Source of the DNA: Carcharhinus longimanus
Lineage: Eukaryota
DNA length: 64,000 nt
Assembly (NCBI GenBank): GCA_030264375.1
Contig: JASCQW010000137.1
Coordinates: 25,749,264-25,813,263 of the forward strand
Reading direction: 5' to 3'
A model generated the notes under the pieces. The model was given only the letters and a program-made list of their open reading frames with translations. It ran no database searches and was not told the origin of the DNA. Every line of letters begins with the position of its first letter. Position 1 is the first letter of the stretch. Shown here in pieces: positions 1 to 12,893 of the stretch. Made by a program: the position numbers and the translations under genes.

Positions 1-52
1 GAAGGCAAGAAGTTGCCCCAATGACTCCGGGGTTACTGGTGCTTTGGATCAG
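1..52 (+). CDS. Putative internal coding exon (5'-truncated by window edge) of an unidentified + strand gene
   Basis: Frame from nt 3 is open (RQEVAPMTPGLLVLWI). It ends at CAG|GTATCA in phase 2, compatible with the next exon at 253. Confidence 0.5.
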
Positions 53-252
53 GTATCACATGTGAAGGATGGGTTGATTCACGAAGAGGGCACAATTTTC
101 AGCTTCAATAAATTTGTTTGAGGATTAGAGAGGTTTTATGCAGAGTTTTCCATCAAAAGATTAAATAGGTGTGAAATGGAGTCCATAATGAGGCAAACTA
201 TGCAAGGAGTGGATCTTAACGATTCTTCTTTTGTGCCATCTTGTGTTTGTAG

Positions 253-336
253 GTCCCACACTGCAGGCAATATAGAGTTAAGATATATTTCTGTCATCTC
301 AGGAGACAGAGAAGTATATAGAACAAAAATCGAGAA
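253..336 (+). CDS. Putative penultimate coding exon (84 nt, phase 2-2)
   Basis: Strong acceptor ttcttcttttgtgccatcttgtgtttgtag; donor AA|GTAATA; reads (R)SHTAGNIELRYISVISGDREVYRTKIE(K), in frame with both neighbouring exons. Confidence 0.55.
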
Positions 337-490
337 GTAATAAGTTCCATCATGTTGGCAGCTTTGGACTACATTAAAACTAACTCAATATACAATTTCT
401 GATCAGAGTTCAAATAAGCTGAGATATTGAAGAAATTCACTTGCGGAGACTTTTTCCATCTTTGGAAAAGTTGCTCATTGTTTTATACAG

Positions 491-746
491 GCTATACAAT
501 TGCCTCATTCCAACCACAAAGAGAAAAGCTGCTGAACCAGCAGAGTCTGAGCCCCTGGCGCCTGCTGGAACCTTCCCTGATAAATCGATTCAGTGTGTGG
601 AGAGTAAACAGGGAGCTACACTTGACAAGGAAGATAAAGGGCAGTTACAACATGCAATTTGTATGATTGAGGCAATCAGACCACAGGAAAAAAAGATTGC
701 AAAGCATGTCAGCACAGTCGGTGTATTGAATGTAACAGAGCAATAG
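491..746 (+). CDS. Putative terminal coding exon of the + strand gene
   Basis: Acceptor ctcattgttttatacag; phase 2 joins into the ORF 441..746 frame: LYNCLIPTTKRKAAEPAESEP...GVLNVTEQ*, with a protein-like charged composition. Confidence 0.55.
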
Positions 747-1469
747 GAGCAAATGAAATTCACCAGATCACTGCCACCTGCTTAATTAGGCCTGTCCATC
801 AAACCTAACAGGCAAATGTTGTAAAAGCACAATCTGATTGCGATCTGTGCTCATGTCGAGATGCACAGCCTGTTGTATTAGCCTTTTATACATCCTTCCC
901 AATATCTGGGAATTTCCCAGATTTATCTGGATTTTTCACATTACCTCGCAACCCTTAGAAGTCTCACAATGAAAATTGCTAGTTGCAGGATTTGTGATAA
1001 AAGCAAGTCATATGCCAGCCAGTGATTCTACGATGGAGCTATGATGCTAAATGTACCGTCTGAGATTTCTCATTGAGCGCGACCATTCAAAGAGGTTCCA
1101 TACTGAAGCCCAGATGTGTGTGAATCTCTCATTACTCAAAGCGTTTCTTCCTTAGCCAAGGACAGGTCTTTTAGATCAACATCGGGTATTTCACAATGAA
1201 GTGCAATCTTGTTATTTAGAAGTGATAAGGAAAAAACCCCGAGTACAAAAAAAATCGCACCGATTCCTGTTGCATATGTGACAATGGCACAATGGTTCTC
1301 TGTTTGATGCTGAATAAGCCTTGAATTACACGTATGAACTCCTTACATACATGTTGTAAGGCAAGAAGGGAGATGCTGCAGCCAGCAGTCAGCAATTTTT
1401 CAATGACAGAAGGTAGGGTTTTATTTACATAAGCAAAATTAAAGACAGGCATTTTTAAGTTTAAACTTA

Positions 1470-1751
1470 AAGTTTATTTATTAGTGTCACATTGCATTAA
1501 CACGGCAACAAAGTTACTGTGAAAAACCCCTATTCGCCACACTCAAGCGCCTGTTCGGGTACACTGAGGGAGAATTAAGCATGGACAATGCACCTAACCA
1601 ATATATCTTTCAAACTGTGGGATGAAACTGGAGCACCTGGAAGAAACCCCCACAGACATGGGGAGGATGCGCAGACTCCTCACCAACATTGACCTAAGCT
1701 GGGAATCAAACCCGGCGCTGTGAGGCAACGGTGCTAACCATTGTGCTGCCC
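1470..1751 (-). mobile_element. tRNA-derived V-SINE (HE1-like head, variant tail)
   Basis: Reverse complement has a tggttagcac...gggtttgattccc A/B-box head, the V-domain, and the tail ttttcacagtaact...gtgacactaataaataaacttt. Confidence 0.85.
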
Positions 1752-3586
1752 TATTGTGCTGGTTCCTAGCACATTTTGTCCCTAGCCTGACTATTCCAAG
1801 CTTGCACTTGTGTTTTAAAGCGTACTCTGGTATTACCAGATTTGCAACACCAGAAAACTAGCAAAAACTGACCAACAGCTGCAAAAGGCTGAAAAATTGC
1901 CAATAATGCTTACAACTCAACCCTGGATTAATCTTGCGTCATGTGAGTTGCAGAGAGTTAGACAAAGTGCTCAAAGAAACCTACTTGAAAGGTGTACCCG
2001 ACACTTCACCATTGCTATTGCAATCCACAAAAGCAGCAGTGGTGATTTTGAAATTACTGAAAGAGGATGTATAAATGATGAAGGCTATATTTTCTGTGGG
2101 TGTATGCCCTTTGCCTTCCCAGAACAGTTTGACCTTTTTCATATCTAATTTACTGCTACTAGTTTGCTTAAAGAAAAAGTCAGTTAAGTTATTCACATAA
2201 TGCCCGCCAATGCTAACTGTCCTCGATTAATTCCTGCCTGGGCAAGTCTTCAGCAATTTGATTCCACATTAGAAATTCTAATCATGGATCCACAATGAAC
2301 ATCCTACTAATTTAATCTATAGCTTTCCGTCCTTGCCTAGCCCTTTTTTTGACAGTCAAGGGGGATTCTGGGATGTATGCCATCTGAGCATAGTGATTTG
2401 ACTAAATTTTAGTTGCATTCACAGGTGGAAATTTTACAGCCCTGTCCATTATGGCTGTAAAATGAGGCTCTAAAATGTGGCGTGCCATTTAAAAAGCCCA
2501 CTGGTTTTGGCAGGACTGGAAAATCCTGCCAGCAGGAGGTACCATAAAATTCCTGCCCACTTCTTGTAATAATTACCTTTGATGATCTCTGGGGTAGAAT
2601 GCCCTAGTATGCTCTGGCAGGCCCTGCTGTATAGAAGGTAAGCTGAAATTCCCACCCATTCCAGCAATCAGACGGCCCTCCACGCTTCTAAGATGTAGGA
2701 CCCTCCCTTAACAATCATTTCATTTCTCTTGCATAGAATTTCTTTTACACTTCCACCTGTCTGCTACAAGTTTAATTAGGAGGTTTGACACTGGCTTGTC
2801 AAGGGAGTGACATATAGGGCTGTGCTGATAACACCCCAGAGGAAAAGAGCTGAACAACTGTGAAAACTGATCTTAAATCTGACTGGAAGAAAGGAAAGAA
2901 AGGCAGACAGACAGTGAAAAGAGGGAAAGACAGTGAAAAGAGGGAAAGACAGTGAAAGGAGGAAGGAAAGGAGGGAGGAAAAATAAAGAACTGGATTTTT
3001 GTGCATGACCTTTCTCATACTCAGTAGGCTTCACAGAAAAATAACTTTGTTGAGGAAATATTGTTACTTAGAAGCTATGTGCATTGGCACCCTCTGATAC
3101 ACTTCCAGGATCATCAATTTGTACAGAATATGCACAGTAAGCATATTTAGTAATTCCAAAACTGCCTTGTTCCCCCCATAACAAATTATCTGCGGGCATA
3201 CTTGCATTAAATCTGCTCCTACTATTAAGTTCATTATTGTGAATACATCCACAACTTCTCAGCCTGCAACGAATTGGAAGTGGAGCTTGTGTTTGCAGTT
3301 AATTCAGGATTATGATTGTCTGCACAACTGCAGCCTCAGCCGTTTCTGCCAGTTTGCGATTGTGGCCATGTCATAGCTACTTTTCTCAGCTGTGCCATTT
3401 AAGGTTGAGAGGGCTTGCTAAGGTAAAGCAAGACTTGTATTTAAGTGTCATCTTTCATGACCTCAAGGTGTGCTAAGGAACTTCAACAGCAATGCAGTTT
3501 CTTTTAAGGGTAGCAATTGTTAGAAAATAAGAAACATGGCAGCTAATTTGTGCTCAGCAAGGTGTGTCGAAAGTAATGGTGGGATC

Positions 3587-3900
3587 CGGTAGCACAGTGG
3601 TCAGCACTGCTGCCTCACAGCGCCAGGGATCTAGGTTCAATTCCCAGCTTGGATCAATGTCTGTGGGGGTTTATACATTCTCCCCATGTCTGTCTAGGTT
3701 TCGTCCGGGTGCTCTGGTTTCCTCCCACACTCCAAAGATGTGCAGGTTAGGTGAATTGGCCATGCTAAATTGCCTCTTAGTGTCAGGAGAATAGCTAAGG
3801 TAAAACCCTGTGGTTATGGGGATAGGGCCTGGGTGGGATTGTGATGGGTGCAGATTTGATGGGCCGAATGGCCTCCTTTTGTACTGCAGGATGCTATGAT
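3587..3900 (+). mobile_element. HE1-type V-SINE with CR1-like tail
   Basis: cacagtggtcagcactgctgcctcacagcgccaggg head; tail gatgggccgaatggcctcct...ctatga shared with CR1 3' ends in this window. Confidence 0.85.
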
Positions 3901-4098
3901 CCGGATGTAGATGCCCCATTCCCATTTCCATTTCCAACAGATCCTTTTTTTAGGTAGGAGTAGGGGTGGGGTGTGACTCACATTTGAGAGAATCCTGAAC
4001 TAAAACGGCCATTAAATCCAGTGCTGAGTTCAAAGAGACCCCATTTTCACTCTGGCAAGAGCCTAAGCCTGCAGTGTGGGAATCACAATTTTTCAACT

Positions 4099-4228
4099 GG
4101 GGGCAGCTTTTCTGGCCGCGCTTGCCCCAAGGTCAGAAAGTCCTGCCCAAGGTCGATGGACCTTTCCATGGTCCGTGTTCCACCTGTTAAGATTTCCGTG
4201 GTGGGTGAGACAGGAAAATTTGGCCCCA
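4099..4228. mobile_element. Short MITE, PIF/Harbinger-like
   Basis: Imperfect TIRs ggggcagcttttc / gaaaatttggcccc; internal similarity to copies near 46080 and 51135. Confidence 0.5.
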
Positions 4229-7200
4229 GATGTAAATGCTCTTGAAGGGTGGATAAGGTTAGTAAAATTGTCAGGATGTGACATTATTTAAATCCTCAAC
4301 CCTTTAAAAATTTGTGCTAGTGAGGGTTAAAAATACTGTGTTCCAGCAATTGCCATTTCTTGTTGTTAACATTTCCCCAAGGGCTCGGGGAATGAGCTTG
4401 GCTGCTTTCCATAAGATATAATTATTTCTGCAGGGGGATCCTAAATCAATTTGATTGACAGCTCAAAGTGATTGTTAAAGGATTAGTTATCGTTGATGAA
4501 ATGTTACGAATAGAAATTTTATAAGGGATTAAGCATATGAGGAGATTAAGAAGTTTCAAATAGGCTTTCATGAATGGGAGGCTTTTTAATATAGTGAAAG
4601 CTGTTAAGAGCTATTTAGCCCTTTATTTTATAGCATCTCAACATGCTTCTTGATGTATACACTGGGTGAGTTCCTGTGGAAGATATGAGGCCCAAAACAT
4701 GGAGGCACCTCAAAACATACTTCCCTCCTCTGGAGCAAGGATTGCACCATTTGGGTGAACCTCTCCCAAGGTGGGTGTGGCAAGCCAGGAAACTCCCCAA
4801 CTCACTGCACCTGGTTTAGGAGCAAAACATCCGGGTCCAAATCTCTAGAGTGGGAACTTAGAAGTGAGTTTGGGCCACAGCTGAACGGCAATATTAAGAA
4901 GCAATAATGCAAGACAACCACAGTGAGTAGGCTCGGAATTATTCTTTCCCCCAGTCTGCACTCCACCCTGCATTATCTTGGCTGGATCCATAATCACATA
5001 CATCAATGCCTGCTTTCCCTCCCAAATTCTCAGTCATTTTTTAGTATCCTCAAGTGTTACTGGGATGGATTCCCAAAGCCCTTGTGCTTTATTTCCTAAT
5101 TGTTGACAGCTTTAAAAGATTTAATTTTTAAAGTTGTACAAATTCCTTTTTGATCCCACTGTGCAACATCTAGCCTCATCACTCTGATTATATGAAAAAT
5201 CATCATCGCTCTTATAGCGCAGCATCATTGGAAATTATTCACATAGCCATTAGTAGGAGGCTGCACAGCTAGATAGACCTTTAGCCAGTGTACTGCTCTG
5301 TTCTAGCTAATTAGGTTCTGTACTCGAAATCATGTTGCATCCTGTCTAGCTGGTGGCTACATGACATCCTCCTAGACAGTTGATCTTGTTCCTTTGAGAA
5401 TCTGTGCTGCATTATAAATGCTTTTTCAAGCACTGATGATTCCAACAGTATTAGATACAGGCTGTTCGATCACAAACAATAGAGTAATCTATTATGTCAT
5501 TGCAATACAACTTTAATAGAAACATTATCAATAGGTCCACATGGGCTTGCAGCAAGCACAGCTTATAAATCAGTTAAATTTGGTGGCTCGTGACATTATC
5601 AGTGTGCTTCAATTAACCCATTCACTAACATAAACATAGGGTAAGATTTTAATCGGAAACGTGCAGGCGAGCTATTCATTCACAGTCCTATCTCCCAACT
5701 TGATCTGAATTTAGGGAGGCCTCTATAATTGAATATATAACTGAGACAAAATTGCAAGAGAATAAAACACCGTGCTGGACTAGCTATTCATCAAAAGCTC
5801 ATCAATGGCAGTTAGATACGACTGTTACCATTGACACAAACACGCATGCACAATTACAACGTAGTAGTGCAATGGGAAACTTCCAGGATGTTATTTATTT
5901 AGTACTTTAATGTAAAACTCAAATAACTTCAACTTTAGCTCCTATTTTCTTGACTTGCACAATTTACAATACAACATATTGCGGTAGATAATGAGTCTGC
6001 TTTGCTATTATTTTTCGACATGAGAAAAATGGCGATACATGAAAGCAAGCACAATTTCCTGATAATTTAAAATCGTTTCTGCACTCCAAAAAAATTAAAG
6101 TATCCAGTTCTGCAATTCAAATTAAGTAACATAAATAACAGAGCAAAGTGGAATTCGATGCCAAGAATACCTGAATTAGCAAATAAATTGAATTAAGGGA
6201 ATTTGGAGAATGGGTTGTACTTTTCTCCTCCATTTATAAAATTATGAATATTTTTCTTAAAACAAAGCACAAAGGTAGATTAGATTTGTATCATTATTAG
6301 GAATGATGCTGAACAGTAATTATTTTCAAGGATAAGATGGAAAAGATTCCAATCTACAATCAGAAACAGCCCCACTTTTGGTAGGTTAGTGAACACTGAT
6401 AGTGGAATTAGTTGATGATTGGCTATCTGAGTTCAGTTCTCTCCTCCTTCAGTCCATAAACAATCTACTTTGTGTTGTTATTAAGTGAAGTGGATGCAAC
6501 AATTTGAAATCATCTGCTGGAGGTACCGTCTTGCTCAACATTATACCACCATACGTGTACAAAGGGAAAAATTGCCACTGCGTTTTCTGGAAGGGACTTA
6601 TTAAAGAGAGATCGCATTGGCAAAAATAGTGAATTCTGAGACTTGTGACGTTGCTTAATGGAATTAAAAAGATATGCATTACCCAGAGGGTTAATCATAT
6701 ACTCAGACTTCTTGTGGTTTTTTTTCTAATTGCCATTAGTTACAGTTTGATAAAACAAGTCATTTTATTGATGAGGGATTTTAGGTATGTGAGAAAGAAA
6801 CACTCATTTTTTTCCTCATATTGTATAAACGCATGACATTTTTCTTGAAAAAGAATGACCTTACCTTTCTTTATTTTCAAACATACCTCAGTTAGCTTTT
6901 TATTGTCTAGTTCAAACTGTCAAGGATTGAAACAAGAAGTGCAGCGAGACCTTTGTCTTAGCATCCCTGAGTTTTTTGTTTCTTAATACTTTCACTTAAC
7001 AGTTGATTTGTGCCTGTTGTGCTTTTGTAACCAAGCGTGCAAGGAAATTAAATTTATTTCTTCCATTGACTCTTCTGAATGAGTTGCCAGCCATTGAAGT
7101 AATCAGAGCACAAGTTACAAAGAAAGTGTGCGGCAGCAAATTCCTGCTTTCAGTGTGCTGCACCACAGAACATGGATATTGGCTTAGTGGTTGACAAGAT

Positions 7201-7441
7201 TTTGAATGGCATCCTAAAATAGAGAGAGGTGAATTACTCTTGTACCTAGGCAGGTACTCACTTTTTGATTGAGCTCAGCGTTGACATTATCTGAGCAACT
7301 TGCTAGACCTGAGCATTTTTAATTCTACAGGGTGAAAGCAAGCACTGCAAATTTATTAATAACTGTTTTGGCAACTAATTAGGAGACACAAGGGAAGAGA
7401 CTTTGCTCTGAGACTTGCTTTCACCTGCCTGCCCAGATTTT

Positions 7442-7733
7442 GGGGTGGCACAGTGGTTAGCACTGCTGCCTCACAGCACCAGGGACCCGGGTTCAATTCC
7501 GACCTTGGGTGACTGTCTGTGCGGAGTCTCCCCTTGTCTGCATGGGTTTCCTCCGCATGCTGCGGTTTCCTCTCATAGTCTGAAAGACGTGCTGGTTAGG
7601 TGCATTGGCCATGCTAAATTCTCCCTCGGTGTATCTGAACAGGTGCCGGAGTATGGCAACTAGGGGATTTTCACAGTAGTTTCATTGCAGTGTTAATATA
7701 AGATTACTTGCGACACTAATAAATAAAGTTTAA
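7442..7733 (+). mobile_element. V-SINE, variant tail
   Basis: Full head gtggcacagtggttagcactgctgcctcacagc; tail ggcaactaggggattttcacagt...taataaataaa. Confidence 0.85.
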
Positions 7734-9039
7734 ACTATTTTCTTTTGAAACACTTATTCAAGTTCAGCGATATGAATCCTCTTCTAGTAATGTGAATTCA
7801 GCTTGTTTGAAAAGAACAAAATTCACGACATACTTCAAAACTTGAGAAATGAGCAAGATCTGACTATAAATGGTTCCATTGTGCAAGCAAATCGCTGACA
7901 CGAATATCTTTACCAATTTCCATTTTGTTCCTGAGTTGGTCCATGTGAAAGTTTGGCTTAATGCACCGTGTTTATCTATCTTAGTTTGCTGTTCTCACTA
8001 TATCCCAGATTTTCATTTAATAGCAATCTTCAATACACAGCATAGCTCTCAATGGGACCCTTTCTCTTTCTTGCCCAAGGACAGACTGGTTGCAAACTTG
8101 AGCAGAATGTTTCTGCAGTTTTGTGATAAGTTCATTCTCTGCTCCCAATCTCTTGGCCAGGATATACTGAAAGGACCAAAAGGGATGACATAGGATGATA
8201 GCGTGGGAGGATAAAAGCTGAATTATATGAGTGGCAGGCAATGAAATTCATGAATTGGAGAGCAGGAACTGCAAAGTAAGTCCAAGAGAAAATTGTGAAT
8301 TTGAATGAAAATAGGGAAAAGAAAATCCAGGTTTTGGACTATTCCAAACAGATCTGAAAGGATGGGACGGTACAGAATAAACATTTCCTGGAACCCACTG
8401 AAAAGGTTGGAGATGGCGTAAGCTTGCCTTCTTTTCAATTCTACCAAATTAAAGTTTAATATCCATGCTTCCTGAGCCCAGGTAGAATGTTTTGTATAAA
8501 GCCACCCAGTCAAAAACCATCCACGTTCGATCAACCTGGTTTGAAGTTAAGTGGTAGAGCAATGGTTCTTTTATCCACATGATGTGAATGAGATGGCAGC
8601 CTTGAAACCAGTTCCCCTTATCATACCATGGGTGCGATTTTCCTCCAAAAAACTTAAGTGTCTAACGGGCGCGAAAACAGGAAATTTTCTTGCTTTTTGT
8701 TTGGAAGAGCTGAGTAAAGTGAATTTCCAGCACTCTGAGCAGCACATGGGCCATCCGGAGATTTACGCCAGTAAGGATGGTGGGATTGAGGGGGGGTGGG
8801 GTTTATCCCGTCCGAGAAGGCGGCATCAGAGTGCTGAGGGGACCAGTGCGCATGTGCCGATCTCCCAGTACACTTGCATCGCGAGCCTGCTAATTAGATG
8901 CAAATAAGAATTTGCATAGTGTTAATAACCACACGCTGATCCCCAGTGTAAGGCTGGTTAAGTCAAAAACAAATGGCCTGGGACGATTGGTCACAATCCC
9001 TGCTTTTGGCCACCTGCTGATATTTCCTGGACCGCCACG

Positions 9040-9144
9040 TTACTTGAGCAGCACAGCAGGCTGGGAAACAGCGCCCTCTGTTTCTGTGCCATTCACCTTC
9101 ACCTTCTCCATGTCAGTAGATGTGATCACAACTGTAGGTTGTAC
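9040..9144 (-). CDS. Putative terminal coding exon of an unidentified - strand gene (open in two frames)
   Basis: Strong minus-strand acceptor cccctcatccctttgcag. Phase 0 gives VQPTVVITSTDMEKVKVNGTETEGAVSQPAVLLK* (stop 9040-9042); phase 1 gives GTTYSCDHIY* (stop 9113-9115). Confidence 0.6.
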   Translation of the reverse strand, partial: VQPTVVITSTDMEKVKVNGTETEGAVSQPAVLLK

Positions 9145-10166
9145 CTGCAAAGGGATGAGGGGATCTAACACGCAACCGACGAGCATTGCGCTTCTGGAAT
9201 GCTAAAACCCTGGCTGAGCAATCTGACAAACTTGTCTCTTTAACAAAAAAAATCATCTTTTTTTTATGTTACTAAAACTTACACATCTGTAAAGATACGA
9301 TCCAACTAGTCCCCACTGGCAATGAGGCAGAAGCTGCATTCAGGCTGGCTGATGCCCAGACTCTTATTAAACGCAACCCTGAAAAATTAGCACAGAGACT
9401 CAGAGGTTTCGCGAAAACACCTGCCAATTTCAAGGGTTAGTGGTGTCAGCAATTTATGAAAACAAACAACATGTGGGACAGAATAAAATCCCAAACCATT
9501 CAGCCTTACAAATGCATCGCAAAGTTTTAATTGGAAAAATAACCAGGAACAGAGCCTCTAATCCTATTTTGTAAGCGGTTTAAAATTATATTAGTATGAA
9601 AAATTTTCCAAATCCATTTCTGAGATTAGCTCATTAGGAAAGCTATTTGTGATGCTAAAGCAATCTGAAAGTTGCGGGTAATTGTGAGATTTTTCATCCG
9701 TCTGTGTTGATACAAATGAAAATGAGTTGTAAAACCCTTAATATGAATCACATTAGAAAAGGTTGGTTCATTGGATAACGCACCAGGCCTTGCGCAGTTA
9801 ATACGAGTGGAAAGCAGGTATAGATACAACAGCAAGCCACCTCATAGTATAAGAAAAGCAGTCTGGAAATGGTAGATGTTACTTTAGTTAAACATTTCAA
9901 TTTACCACAGCAACTGCAACACTCAAATATGCCAGTCTACAGAATATCAAGCATTGGTATCTGGTTAAAACCAAATTACCCAACATGGCAATTTATAAGC
10001 AAAGCTAAACAGGGTCATCCTCAGAAGAATGAGATCAGTTGAAAACAAAAATGTGGAAATTGTCTTTTTAAAAGTTTACCTTTCTCCCAAGGAAGAATTG
10101 TCAGAACTTATAAAATAAAAGTAGCTCTAGTACAGAGGATTGCAAAGCGAGCTATCTTGAAGACAT

Positions 10167-11118
10167 GGGCAGGATTCTCATTGGTAGGTGCTGATCCTGC
10201 CCTCAGGATGAAAACCATGATGTGAAGATGTCGGCATTGAACTAAGGTAAACACAGTAAGAAGTCTCACAATACCAGGTTAAAGTCCAACAGGTTTATTT
10301 GGTAGCGAAAGCCGCAAAGGGGACCGCTTTTGGACCGCTTGCTGCTCCTTCGTCAGGTGAGTGGGATTTCAGTTCACTTGATTTCAGGTAATCAGGTCTT
10401 AATTAAGCAGAGTTGCTGAGCAGAGACTGATAGCCAAGTTCCGCACACACAAGGATGGCTTCAACCAGGATCTTGGGTTCATGTCGCACTATCTGTAACC
10501 GCCACGACTTGTCTGGGCTTGCAAAATCTCACTAACTGTCCTGGCTGGGGACAATATACATCTCTTTAACCTGTGTTTAACCCTCTCTCCACTCACATTG
10601 TCTGTACCTTTAAGACTTGATTGCCTGTAAAGATTCGCATTCCAACCATTATTTTGTAAATTGAGTTTGTGTCTTTATATGCCCTGTATGTGAACTGAAA
10701 TCCCACTTACCTGATGAAGATGCAGCGAGCACTCCAAAAGCTAGTGGCTTTTGCTACCAAATAAACCTGTTGGACTTCAACCTGATGTTCTTACTTCGGA
10801 TGAAATGCAGGCTGGGAACACAAAATGCTCGCAGCAGCACCCTGAGGGAGAGTTTGAAGGAGATGGCAGAGGGTGGGCTCTGGAGGCCAGACGGCCAATC
10901 GGAGTCCATCCAACACAGAAAGACCAGCAGCCCCCATTGTCAGAGGTGGTCACAGCTGGAGTAGGCAAGGCACTGTCACGGTTGTGAATGTTTATTGGCG
11001 TAATGCCTTCCCAACTGAATGGAGTCACCAGGTCGGGTGGCTGTTCGGCCTATTGCCAAGAGCCACCACAGTCTCATGGCTCGACAAGTAACCCAGTCGC
11101 CTTCTGGAAAATCCAGCC
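10167..11118. mobile_element. Harbinger-like MITE interrupted by a Penelope-like insertion
   Basis: TIR-like ends gggcaggattctc / gaaaatccagcc; the sequence is continuous across the duplicated ggatgaaa site. Confidence 0.45.
10218..10797 (+). mobile_element. 5'-truncated Penelope-like element (PLE) with inverted pseudo-LTRs
   Basis: 10409-10498 encodes RVAEQRLIAKFRTHKDGFNQDLGFMSHYL*, typical of the end of a PLE GIY-YIG ORF. Flanked by inverted arms with degenerate hammerhead cores; TSD-like ggatgaaaacca/ggatgaaatgca. Confidence 0.8.
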
Positions 11119-11261
11119 GGCAGTGGAATAGGTAAAAGAGCCCACTGGTCTCTTTTAATTTNNNNNNNNNNNNNNNNNNNNNNNNNNNNNNNNNNNNNNN
11201 NNNNNNNNNNNNNNNNNNNNNNNNNNNNNNNNNNNNNNNNATGCCGTTCATAGAGTACATA

Positions 11262-11640
11262 AGGGAGAAGGAAAGGAGAGGGCGCAGAATATAATGTTGT
11301 AGTCATAGAAAGATAAACTTGATATAAGGTAGGTCCATTCAAAAGTCTGATAGCAGCAGGGAAGAAGCTGTTCTTGAGTAGGTTGGGACGTGATTGCAGA
11401 CTTTTGTATCTTTTTCCCGACGGAAGAAGGTGGAAGAGAGAATGTCCAGGCTACATGGGGTCCCTGATTATGCTGGCTGCTTTTACCTGACAGCGGAAAG
11501 TGTAGACGGGATTAATAGATGGCAGGTTAGTTCGCATGATGGACTGGGCTACATTCACAAACATTTGCAGTTTCTTGTGGTCTTGGTCAGGGCAAGAGCC
11601 ATACCAAGCTGTGAAACATCCAGGAAGGATGCTTTCTGTG
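11262..11640 (-). mobile_element. Rex1/Babar-type LINE 3' fragment
   Basis: Minus strand translates PGHSLFHLLPSGKRYKSLQSRPNLLKNSFFPAAIRLLNGP, the characteristic Rex1 C-terminus. Confidence 0.8.
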
Positions 11641-12719
11641 GTCAGGTAGTGTCTGCCAGCCCAGTGCCGCCTCCCTCAAAATGGACCAGAGAGGGGAACA
11701 TTTTGACAGGCCAGCATGCTCGCCAGTAGTGCGTCCACCACACTATGAATATTTGGTCCATGTTTTCAGTGTGCCTAAGTGGGTTTGGTATAATCTTTGC
11801 TATTCCGTAGGCCTAGCTATGTGAATCTTAGCTGTATGCAATTTAGCTGGTGTAGGAATAGTTCCAAGATGTTCCACGCAGGGATTGTATGTGCAGAGAG
11901 GTGTGACAGGAAGGATGTAATACCAAAATATTTCTTGATGAGTTTATTAGGAAGTGTTACCAAAACAACCCCCCTCCCCTGACCTCCCCCCCCCACCCCA
12001 ACTAATTTCAAACACATTTTGTGGNNNNNNNNNNNNNNNNNNNNNNNNNNNNNNNNNNNNNNNNNNNNNNNNNNNNNNNNNNNNNNNNNNNNNNNNNNNN
12101 NNNNNNNNNNNNNNNNNNNNNNNNTGTAAAATTTTGTTTGGAACTGTAGAATTCATTTAATTTTAAATTGCACAAAATAAATGAATCAGAAATAAGCTGC
12201 TCTGTGTGTGTCCAGATCATAAAAAAACACATTGTTTTCTTACTAAGAGGGATTAAAAATGTTTAATCTCGGGCTGTTAATAAGGCAAAAACTGGTAACC
12301 ATACCGGTTAATAAGACCCAGCCACAGATGTGCTAGTTTCTGCTTTCCCGGAGAAATTTATATGGGATTAGAAAGAGCACTTTGGTGTCATGGGCTGAAT
12401 GGCTGGTATTATATTTATCCATGGTATTATATTTATCCATCAAACCACAATTTCAACAGTCTCCCAGGAGCTTAACTCGCCAAATATTAGGCACTTGACC
12501 CTCACAAGCTACTTTGTCATAACAGCACTGGTATGACGTTGTATACATTATCATGTTCACCCAACTGGTTCAGGAAATCCAGAGTGACAGAACAGGTTAT
12601 GAGGGTCATCAAGCAGTCGCTGAAGAATTCCACATGAATTAACAGGCCCCTGAGATAATGGCATAGCCGAGGTGCAGGTTTCCAAGCAGAAAGGTGCATT
12701 TTTCCGCAATAACCTTCTC

Positions 12720-12893
12720 CCCAGGTCTACATGGGTTTCCTCCCAAAGTCCAAAAGTTATATTGGTTAGACGGCATGCTAAATTCTCCCTCACTGTACCC
12801 GAACAGGCCCTGGAGTGTAGCAACTAGGGTATTTTCACAGTAACTTCACTCCAGTGTTAATGTAAGCCTACTTGTGACTAATAAATAAACTTA
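12720..12893 (+). mobile_element. V-SINE 3' half, variant tail
   Basis: tgggtttcctcccaaagtcc...ttcacagtaacttcactccagtgttaatgtaagcctacttgtgactaataaataaac. Confidence 0.8.

Noticed and set aside
441-520. RLFPSLEKLL resembling a hAT dimerisation motif
   Set aside because: Lacks the following ERxFS motif; better explained as intron end plus exon.
7442-7510. tRNA-like A/B boxes
   Set aside because: This is a SINE head repeated many times, not a tRNA gene.
7850-8600. ~100-aa ORFs on both strands
   Set aside because: At most a very old LINE remnant; nothing I can support.
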